32,000 bases of DNA from assembly GCA_965224465.1 (NCBI GenBank), contig OZ245049.1, forward strand, positions 3,030,001 through 3,062,000. Direction: 5' to 3'. This DNA comes from Flavobacteriaceae bacterium (lineage in GTDB: Bacteria; Bacteroidota; Bacteroidia; Flavobacteriales; Flavobacteriaceae). Of this stretch, positions 24,701 through 30,089 are shown one piece after another. Each line of letters opens with the position of its first letter. The first letter of the stretch is position 1. A program made the position numbers and the translations under genes. Under the pieces are notes generated by a model, which worked only from the letters and a program-made list of their open reading frames with translations, made no database searches and was not told the origin of the DNA.

Positions 24701-27415
24701 ATAAGCTTCAAGGGAAGGTGAAAGTTTAAAGTGTTTTTCTCTAAACATATAATTAGGGACACGGATTTTTATTAGGTTGGAGTTGTTGTAATATGCTTTC
24801 CAATTAATGGGAGCCCCACAGAGGTATAACTGAAACAAACTTTTTTCAATCCGATGCGCTGTTTTTTCATCTTTATAGTTAGAAGCTATAATTTCAGCAC
24901 CGTCTTTAGTTATTTGTTCTACAATAGTTATAAGTGTAGGAGAAGGTCCTACTTCTAAAAAGATATAATCATTGCTGTTGTGTATGGATTGAATCGTAGT
25001 ACAGAACTTTACTGTAGACAAGATATGTGTACTCCAATAGTGCCAGGTTGTCATTTCTAAAGTAATGTCTTTACCTGTAACACTAGAGCGTATGTTTTTT
25101 GTTGGAACATGGTATTTAATTTTTTTAGAAACGTTCTCAAATTCGGTCAACATGGGCTTCATAAGAGGGGAATGTGCAGCAAGAGAAACATCTAATTTTT
25201 TGGTATCGATTCCTTTTTCTTTAAATAGTTGACATACTTTTTGTACTTGCTTTTCGGTGCCCGAAATAACCGTTTGCTCAGGAGTATTTACGGCGGCAAT
25301 AGTTACGTTTTTAATATTTTTTATGTTGTTTTGTACAGTTGTTTCATCCGTAAAAATGGCAGCCATTGTACCGTTTTTAGGTAAAGAATACATGAGCTCA
25401 CCTCTAATTGTAATAAGTTGAATAGCATCTTCCAATGTAAAAATTTCCGCCAAGCAGGCTGCAATATATTCTCCTGTACTATGTCCTATAAGCAGGTTTG
25501 GTGTAAGCCCATAATCCATCCACATTTTGGACAAAGAGTATTCCACAAAAAATAATGCCACCTGTGTATATCGCATTTCATGGACTGTATTATCCGAAGA
25601 AAATATCTTTTCCAATAAATTGTTCTGTGTCTGGTTTTTGTATATCTGATTGCATTGATCCATGTACTTTTTAAAGTACTTGTTTTCGGTATAGAAACCT
25701 TTAAACATTCCAGGGTACTGAGATCCACCACCACTGTATAGAAAAACAATTTTTTTATTGGAGGTACTTCTGTTTATTACAGCATTAGAAACGCCTTTAA
25801 TTGCTTCTTCTAAATTGGTTTTTAATGCTTCTGTGGTTTCTCCCCAAACCACTATTTTTTCTTTTAAGTCTGCTTTGGTACTGTTTTGACTATAGCTTAA
25901 GCTTCCCAGTTGCTGAGGTGTTTTTTCTTTTATAAATGATAAGAAGGAGTGTAGTTGGTTTTTTAGTCCAGCTTTGGTAACTGCACTAAATTTGAAGGGC
26001 CAACTTCTCTTTGCATCTGGAGTTTCTTTGTTTTTGTGCGCTATAGAATCGCAGGGGTGTTCTTCTATTACAATATGTGCGTTTGTACCACTTAAGCCAA
26101 AGGCACTAATAGCTGCTTTTCTTAGGGTTGTTTTATTCCAAGGTATTGTTTTTTGTGGAATTTTAAATTTCTGATCAGACCAGTTAATATGGGGAGAAGG
26201 GGTTTTGAAGTGTAAATTACCTGGGATTTTTCCTTTTTCTACAGCGAGAATAATTTTTATTAGACCAGCTATTCCTGCGGCGGCTTCAAGGTGCCCAATT
26301 GCAGTTTTAACAGCTCCTAGATATATGGGGGTTTCGCGGTTTGACGAAATTACATTTCCTAATGCAGTGATTTCTATGGGGTCTCCTAAGGCAGTTCCAG
26401 TACCGTGTGTTTCTATAAAATCAATATCAGCAGCATTTATTTTACTGCGTTTCCATACCTCTTTAATTAATTTTTCTTGTGCAGGTCCGTAAGGAGCCGT
26501 CAATCCAGCACTTAAACCATCTTGATTGGTTCCACTTCCTTTTATGATGGCATGTATATGATCTCCGTCTCTTTTGGCGTCAGATATTTTTTTTAAAATC
26601 ACGACTCCGCTTCCTTCTCCTCGCACTGTACCATTGGCAGCGGCATCAAAAGTTTTAATTTCACAATTTTGAGACAATACATTAAGAGAGGCCATGAGCT
26701 CTGTTGTTTCGGGAGAGAGCATTAGGTTTACACCCCCAGCTATTGCCATGTCACAATCACCTGATAGGAGCCCTTTGCATGCCAAATCTACCGAAACCAA
26801 AGAGGAGGAACAAGCGGTGTCTGTACTTATACCAGGGCCTTGAAAACCAAAAAAGTAGGAAGCTCTTCCAGAAATAAACGAAAATCCTGCTCCCATTGCA
26901 TCGTTGGGATCTGTTGGGGAATTTTCGTTTTTATAATTTAATAGTTGTTGAAGATGGTCAAAAGAAGATACACCTGCATAGATTCCTGTTTTTGATCCTT
27001 TTAGTGAATCGGGTGCGTATCCTGAATTTTCTAAAGCTTCCCAACATACTTTTAAGAAAAGACGTTGTTGAGGATCTGTTTTTTCAACTTCGTTTGGAGA
27101 AAGTCTAAACAAGCGATGGTCAAACCCATACACGTCATCAAATAAGAACCCTCCTTTTTGTAAAAAAGGATTATTTTTTAGTTTTTCTTGGTCATAATTT
27201 TCCCATCTATTGTCAGGAACTTTACCAATCATATTTTTTTGTTCTAGTAATGCGTTCCAATACTCCTCTGGAGAGTTAATGCCCCCGGGAAATCTACATG
27301 CCATCCCTATAATAGCGATGGGTTCTTGTTGGTCTTTTACTTCTTTTTTTAAGCGTTTTATTTCTGTGAGAGCTTTTATTAAAATGGGAGTCTTATCGGT
27401 GGTTTGTTTTTTCAT
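18800..27415 (-). CDS. Hybrid PKS-NRPS megasynthase: KS-AT-ACP-Cy-A(Cys)-PCP-Ox-(internal docking domain)-Cy
   Basis: 2871-aa ORF; residues were counted manually and domain motifs are given below. The N-terminal coiled-coil-like ILIKALTEIKRLKKEVK is typical of KS N-terminal docking helices. Confidence 0.95.
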   Translation of the reverse strand: MKKQTTDKTPILIKALTEIKRLKKEVKDQQEPIAIIGMACRFPGGINSPEEYWNALLEQKNMIGKVPDNRWENYDQEKLKNNPFLQKGGFLFDDVYGFDHRLFRLSPNEVEKTDPQQRLFLKVCWEALENSGYAPDSLKGSKTGIYAGVSSFDHLQQLLNYKNENSPTDPNDAMGAGFSFISGRASYFFGFQGPGISTDTACSSSLVSVDLACKGLLSGDCDMAIAGGVNLMLSPETTELMASLNVLSQNCEIKTFDAAANGTVRGEGSGVVILKKISDAKRDGDHIHAIIKGSGTNQDGLSAGLTAPYGPAQEKLIKEVWKRSKINAADIDFIETHGTGTALGDPIEITALGNVISSNRETPIYLGAVKTAIGHLEAAAGIAGLIKIILAVEKGKIPGNLHFKTPSPHINWSDQKFKIPQKTIPWNKTTLRKAAISAFGLSGTNAHIVIEEHPCDSIAHKNKETPDAKRSWPFKFSAVTKAGLKNQLHSFLSFIKEKTPQQLGSLSYSQNSTKADLKEKIVVWGETTEALKTNLEEAIKGVSNAVINRSTSNKKIVFLYSGGGSQYPGMFKGFYTENKYFKKYMDQCNQIYKNQTQNNLLEKIFSSDNTVHEMRYTQVALFFVEYSLSKMWMDYGLTPNLLIGHSTGEYIAACLAEIFTLEDAIQLITIRGELMYSLPKNGTMAAIFTDETTVQNNIKNIKNVTIAAVNTPEQTVISGTEKQVQKVCQLFKEKGIDTKKLDVSLAAHSPLMKPMLTEFENVSKKIKYHVPTKNIRSSVTGKDITLEMTTWHYWSTHILSTVKFCTTIQSIHNSNDYIFLEVGPSPTLITIVEQITKDGAEIIASNYKDEKTAHRIEKSLFQLYLCGAPINWKAYYNNSNLIKIRVPNYMFREKHFKLSPSLEAYTLPKTTVWEKIKENINNSSLTKEEKEHSPAILDFIKNTPLIKPENEEDIEEEQEVTINTFTNISELKNYIRTSLIKEWEIEEEDLQNDENLLLLGLNSIVIIRLITFWKKDLAITLKPALFLKQSTINQWTEIVHKALHNTLKEINNTPVSIFQAFPKQRHESFPLNEIQYAYWAGRNHEMDWGGVSCSAYFEMDIENLSIQHFDRALQNLIKRHEMLRCIISKDGKQQIKASIPTPLIIYKKTDIPSLKEHLQQLRDEMATKIIPLGEPMFEMRISELENHKHRIHFTIDFLIADALSLFIFWKDLYLLYTGVSLNPLEISYKDYLHYHNKRTFTNTYHQAEQYWTNRIQHFPLAPQLPVKDTGKKQVEGHFKRREHWIDPISWNSFIKSAATKNLTPSAALLTLYTEVLSAWGGGSHFAVMLTVFNRDNVHPQINEIIGDFTQLTLVEIERKQQATGKNGTTIQAQMHTDLENSTYSAIEFVKKLNSQSDTKNRMYPFVFTSALGIDTLKQDEQQGFLNQINWSVSSTPQVWIDHQIYHQNGGVTLSWDTLDAVFPRDMIAAMFEKYTELVQLSITDNTFWDKSLTDLRTSKQLAVQQEANNTFSPIGNLLLHEKIYANALQTPKSTAIIYKQKEYSYKQLIKRANQVSVLLQKNSLKKGDKVALQMAKSFDQIAVVLGILQIGAIYIPFTYNQPINRTIEILKQSEAIAIFTDQILDTGKLDVKQFTPPNIDTIKDLYTSIAINPSELAYIIYTSGSTGIPKGVCIQHKAAMNTIIDVNNKLKITEKDRVLGVSSLSFDLSVYDIFGLLHAGGTLVLPTEEERIDPKCWKTLSSQHQVSIWNSVPALMDIYCDYMLKNPTVGKDLSLCKIIHSGDWIPLGLIQKINTAIPHATLTSMGGATEASIWSNYYHVDVLDPDWKSIPYGYPLANQEFYILDTFNRPCPEWVEGKLHIAGKGLATGYLKEKKRSNSAFFFEKELQQRLYDTGDYGRYRQGNIIEFLGRKDTQLKINGYRVEIGEIQAAFRKYATNTDPIIIPIGDKMEHKKLIAFVKCPASEFSETELKMHLKTQLPDYFIPEKILCLDVYPMSANGKVDRKKLLKYYHKYNSDNTPISSNTAEEHHPVLNLIKNILGLPKLKSKDNFSDLGVSSVAMIKLANELEIHFTERPSVGEMIRYSSIKQLIAYYDDKGFSFEEKEIPSDKAASPFSLYSTEQKAYLNNITTIENYEEYISFKETISAHRTDLSLQNSISLDLPLEEKNPLGTITNSFNNYLNSPIENLNFKKFISFCLQQNIYGEKSYNYNSLSETYPIQTYLTIFNKGIEGIEQGNYYLDVQAHSLIKLGNITEIASISFRNMMPNTSFLVHFVADLNAVYPIHQDKSLQICFIESGILSQLLESKSPSLNIGCSSLTAYDFDEIKASFNLSIHQFYLHTMAGGKIDFAQEIEQLQLRSDTTADKDSLKTCDAILNTCKDKEILLYVKEGKLKFKAPKGALSKTLLEKIKASKNALLHVLIQPKKQEQVTHILRKYQPFKLTPIQLAYLFGRSSNFEIGNINTHYYLELECHQLDPKRLEHAWNGVIKRHEMLRTKVYSNASQQLMKKVPFFTIPVRQIQSEQALETIRNKWSHHNYQLGTWPMFHLQLSQIGTDISRIHFSFDCLLLDASSTEMVVQELFASYYGKEIATPKFTFKEYMNQEEKWLHTQSNISEAQQFWNAHIKQIPPAPNLPLKTAFKDIEKPFFKRWKIVLDTEKSTQLFSKIKQYRFTPSAVICTIFMKVLAHWSTNPDFTINLTIFNRFPIHKDVPKILGDFTNVTLISYFKNDNKTILEEIETVQQQLWKAVEYRTQDGMDILKRLGKDSPGKALMPIVFTSLLFGETQEKNTHYPPELKEVFAISQTPQVAMDHQVYERNGSIHINWDIVDNVFENKWIEEMVRTYENMLHQFIALEDWDQYIEIPQLEKSNH
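18821..20110 (-). other. Heterocyclization (Cy) domain 2, at the extreme C-terminus with no A or PCP following
   Basis: Motifs are FKLTPIQLAYLFGR, DCLLLDASS (DxxxxDxxS) and SQTPQVAMDHQ. The protein ends ~10 residues after the domain. Confidence 0.88.
20141..20308 (-). other. Internal TubC_N-type beta-hairpin docking-like domain
   Basis: ILNTCKDKEILLYVKEGKLKFKAPKGALSKTLLEKIKASKNALLHVL shares the 10-residue string GKLKFKAPKG with the N-terminal docking domain at 10988-11149. Five of those ten codons differ synonymously. Confidence 0.65.
20366..21058 (-). other. FMN-dependent oxidase (Ox) domain, thiazoline to thiazole
   Basis: KSYNYNSLSETYPIQ fits the Ox-1 motif KYxYxSxGxxYPxQ, and GIEGIEQGNYYLD fits Ox-2 GxxxGxxxGxYYxxP. 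These motifs are described for the EpoB/BlmIII/MtaC-D Ox domains and are recalled from memory. Confidence 0.7.
21131..21334 (-). other. Peptidyl carrier protein domain
   Basis: FSDLGVSSVAMIKL contains Ser2058. Confidence 0.8.
21386..22873 (-). other. Adenylation domain, cysteine-type code (DLYNISMIWK by manual extraction), no MT insert
   Basis: Cores are AYIIYTSGSTGIPKG, FDLSVYDIF, IWNSVPAL, KIIHSGDW, SMGGATEASIW, YDTGDYGRY, GRKDTQLKINGYRVEIGEIQ and PMSANGKVDRK. Confidence 0.8.
22946..24223 (-). other. Heterocyclization (Cy) domain 1
   Basis: Motifs are FPLNEIQYAYWAGR, DFLIADALS (DxxxxDxxS) and SSTPQVWIDHQ. Confidence 0.88.
24296..24523 (-). other. Acyl carrier protein domain
   Basis: LLLGLNSIVIIRL contains Ser1003, with Asn in place of the usual Asp before the Ser. 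Only ~100 residues separate AT and ACP, so there is no room for KR/DH/ER. Confidence 0.7.
24836..25753 (-). other. Acyltransferase domain (probably malonyl-specific)
   Basis: The active site is GHSTGEY. The downstream motif SLAAHSPLM is FabD/malonyl-like (xAFHS) rather than YASH. The specificity call is weak. Confidence 0.75.
26051..27322 (-). other. Ketosynthase domain (catalytically complete)
   Basis: DTACSSSLV contains Cys202 (codon at 26810-26812). ETHGTGT and GHLEAAAG supply the histidines. Confidence 0.9.
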
Positions 27416-27417
27416 AA

Positions 27418-29535
27418 CTAGTCATTTAATTCGTTGTTTAATAGCGTAAGTAGGTCGTCTTCGGAGCATTGGTCATACTCAGATTCTTTAGGTGTTACAT
27501 GCGTTACGTCAAATGTTTTGTTAGTATTGTTTTTAAGATTCACTAAATAGCTGCTTAATTGATCAATGGTATTGTAGTTAAATAATACAGTAGCAGGGAT
27601 AGGTTCTTTGATACTATCTTCGAGAGCGTCTCTGATTAATAAAGACATCATAGAGCTAATTCCCAGTTCTACAAATGGTATTGTAGGGTCAAAATCTGTT
27701 TTTGAGACTCCTAACTGTTCTGCAACCAAGCGTGTTATGTATTCGTTTAGTTGTTCTTTATTTCGCAAATCTGTGATGGGGTATTTTAGATATGTTTTGG
27801 TATAGGAATGAAGCACTTTTTTCCATTCCTTATCAAGGTACATTGCTTTGGTTTTGCTACGCTGTATTTTTCCGCTAGTTGTTCTAGGAAGATGCATGGG
27901 GGGAATAAAAAGAATAGCTTCTAATTGGATGCCGTGTATCCTCAATGTTTCTTCTTTAATTTGTTGAATCCATACATCATATTGTGGAGTTCTTACTGCG
28001 CCTCGGGTAAGTTCTTGTATGAGAATTACTTTTTCTTGCCCTTCTTTTGTGATGGAAAATGCGGCGGCACCGTCTGTTCTAAAGTTGCTATTGGCAATAA
28101 AAGAAGACCGCTCTATATCATGTGGGTAATAGTTGACCCCATTAATGATAATTAAATCTTTTATTCTTCCAGTGACATATAATTCTCCTTTCTGATCTAA
28201 AAAACCAAGATCTCCTGTTCTTAAATAGATGGATGATTGCGTAGAATTTTCTGAGACAAAAGCCTTTGTAGTAGCTGCTAGATTGTTCCAATATCCCTTG
28301 GTTACCGAAGGTCCCGAAAAACAAATTTCTCCAATTTCACAGCTGCCTAAGGGAGTTGTTTGTGTTGGATCTCTAATGGTTACTTTATTGTTATTTATAA
28401 TTGTTCCGTTGCTTACTAAAAAGGAAGTATGATCTTCTTTTTTTTGGATAGGAGCGCTCATGTCTTGTAGTAACCCTTGGCGTATAATTTTAACGGTATT
28501 GTTTAGGAGTGCTTTTCGTTCTACCTCAATCCAATGTACTTTACGTCCCATAAAAGTAGATGAAATTGCCAAGGTGCTTTCTGCCAATCCATAGCTAGGT
28601 GATAAGGTTGTAGGTCCCATTCCAAAAACTGATGCGATGTTTTGAAAGCGATACATGGTATTCAGGTGAATAGGTTCTGCCCCACAAACAGCTCTTATCA
28701 AAGTATGTAAAGAAAGGTCTTTTACTGTTGTTTTTTCTAATTTTTCTGCCAGTAGTTCATACGCAAAATTCGGTGCAGCTGTATGTGTTCCACGGTACAT
28801 AGAAATGGCTTTTGCCCAGATTAATGGTTGACTCATAAAATCGGTTGGATGTATCAAAACAACTTTACACCCGGAGAATAAACCTTGCAATATGCCAAAA
28901 ATGAGTCCCATATCATGATAAAAAGGCAACCAGCTAACAATTACACTGTCTTCTTTGATGGCTTGAAATTGCTTTACTTCTTTGAGATTGTTAATCAAAG
29001 ACGATTGGGTGACCATGACTCCTTTTGGATTTCCTGTTGATCCAGAAGTGTATTGAAGAAATGCGATTTCGTTGACACGATAAGGGCTAGAAATAGTGCC
29101 ATTATCAGTATGTGAAAAAGAAGGAATTACAAGGGAAGAGAGTATTGAAGAATTCGCGGTACAATTAGATAAAAAGTCGATACTATGGCGGTCTGTTAAA
29201 ATAGCTTTCGCATTGCAGTCTGTTGCAATTTTTTCCCACTTTGTCAGTGCTTTGTTTCTTCCAGGCATGTTTAAAGGAATCGGGATGACTCCAATCCAAT
29301 TGCATGCTAAAAAACAGATTATAAAATCAAGTCCTTGTGGAAAGAGTAAAAGACAGCGATCTCCATGATTAATTTCGGATACAATTAATTGTTTGGCATA
29401 GCGCTCTACCTGATCCAAAAGTTCCAAATAGGTGATGCTTGTACTATTTAGATCGGCATCTATAAAACTATAGGCGCATGTATTGGGAGATGTTTTAGCT
29501 CTTGATTGTAATTTATTTATAATAGTGTCGGTCAT
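27418..29535 (-). CDS. Fatty acyl-AMP ligase (FAAL) fused to an ACP: loading module
   Basis: 705-aa ORF. FLQYTSGSTGNPKGVMVTQSSLINNL, YLRTGDLGF and GRIKDLIIINGVNYYPHDIE are FAAL-type cores. The C-terminal carrier motif is FVELGISSMMSL, and the acidic helical tail is DDLLTLLNNELND. The stop lies 2 nt before the megasynthase start. Confidence 0.9.
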   Translation of the reverse strand: MTDTIINKLQSRAKTSPNTCAYSFIDADLNSTSITYLELLDQVERYAKQLIVSEINHGDRCLLLFPQGLDFIICFLACNWIGVIPIPLNMPGRNKALTKWEKIATDCNAKAILTDRHSIDFLSNCTANSSILSSLVIPSFSHTDNGTISSPYRVNEIAFLQYTSGSTGNPKGVMVTQSSLINNLKEVKQFQAIKEDSVIVSWLPFYHDMGLIFGILQGLFSGCKVVLIHPTDFMSQPLIWAKAISMYRGTHTAAPNFAYELLAEKLEKTTVKDLSLHTLIRAVCGAEPIHLNTMYRFQNIASVFGMGPTTLSPSYGLAESTLAISSTFMGRKVHWIEVERKALLNNTVKIIRQGLLQDMSAPIQKKEDHTSFLVSNGTIINNNKVTIRDPTQTTPLGSCEIGEICFSGPSVTKGYWNNLAATTKAFVSENSTQSSIYLRTGDLGFLDQKGELYVTGRIKDLIIINGVNYYPHDIERSSFIANSNFRTDGAAAFSITKEGQEKVILIQELTRGAVRTPQYDVWIQQIKEETLRIHGIQLEAILFIPPMHLPRTTSGKIQRSKTKAMYLDKEWKKVLHSYTKTYLKYPITDLRNKEQLNEYITRLVAEQLGVSKTDFDPTIPFVELGISSMMSLLIRDALEDSIKEPIPATVLFNYNTIDQLSSYLVNLKNNTNKTFDVTHVTPKESEYDQCSEDDLLTLLNNELND
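27532..27762 (-). other. Acyl carrier protein domain of the loading module
   Basis: The LGISS motif places the Ser near residue 627-628. Confidence 0.8.
27781..29535 (-). other. FAAL adenylation domain
   Basis: See the CDS entry. There is no A10 lysine-containing CoA-ligase tail before the carrier domain. Confidence 0.8.
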
Positions 29536-29582
29536 TTCTTTCTTTTTTATAGTTGATTAGAATACATACACGTCGGATTTAA

Positions 29583-29619
29583 AATTATACCAATACAATT
29601 CTAAATGACCGATGTAAAT
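29583..29619 (+). repeat. Repeat copy F: diverged T unit 50-85 bp upstream of the FAAL start
   Basis: aattataccaa...aaatgaccgatgtaaat parallels aattataccaa...aaatgacagatataaat of copy A. The first 12 nt are identical and the core matches the copy C version at 16/17. Confidence 0.5.
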
Positions 29620-29704
29620 CAAGTCTTTTTCGTTTTTTTTTGTTACTAAAAACAGAATGATAGTAATGGCTATCCCTCTATTTTTTTACCTAGATTAATC
29701 AATT

Positions 29705-29905
29705 AAATTTCTAAACAGTCCGTTGGAAATTCAGGGATATTATACAGGTTTATAGTTGCATGCTGTCTAAGGAAGTGTAAAATAAAGGTGATTATTTAAT
29801 TCCTTATGAATGGTTTAATTCTCTGTGGGGCAGTTTCTAAATAAAAAATAGTCTCTTCAGAAGCATTGCCCTCCCCTAGGGGAGAGTTTGTTTTTTGTTA
29901 CAATG
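29705..29905 (+). repeat. Repeat copy G-E': diverged H unit plus E unit with a terminator-like hairpin
   Basis: aaatttctaaacagtccgttggaaat (29705-29730) matches the H unit at ~21/25. The E unit is at 29811-29905. The hairpin ctcccc-ta-ggggag at 29871-29884 is followed by agtttgttttttg. Confidence 0.55.
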
Positions 29906-29939
29906 CTTGATTCGTAATTATTGGTTTTATACCAATTAA

Positions 29940-30089
29940 ATTTCCAAGTGAAGGTTTAGAAATGGAATTATTTTTTGTTTTAGCTAGACAAAAAATGAAA
30001 GGATAGTATTAGCTATCGTTCTATTTTTTAACAACGCTAGAACGTAAAACAAACTATTTATATCGGTCATTTTGGGTTTTAGTTGGTAT
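29940..30089 (-). repeat. Repeat copy C: T-S-(54-bp insert)-H, whose T part encodes the last 12 codons and stop of the peptidase-like gene
   Basis: This is the inverted partner of copy A (see copy A). It carries 54 extra bp (29971-30024) between S and H. The T part encodes IPTKTQNDRYK-stop. Confidence 0.85.

Noticed and set aside
19419-27449. Numerous 60-107-aa ORFs on either strand within the megasynthase and FAAL genes (e.g. 19419-19610, 22779-23102, 25486-25749, 26205-26492, 27210-27449), and similar ones inside the other NRPS genes
   Set aside because: All are embedded in, or antisense to, very long ORFs whose translations carry uninterrupted canonical PKS/NRPS motifs. None shows any family signature.
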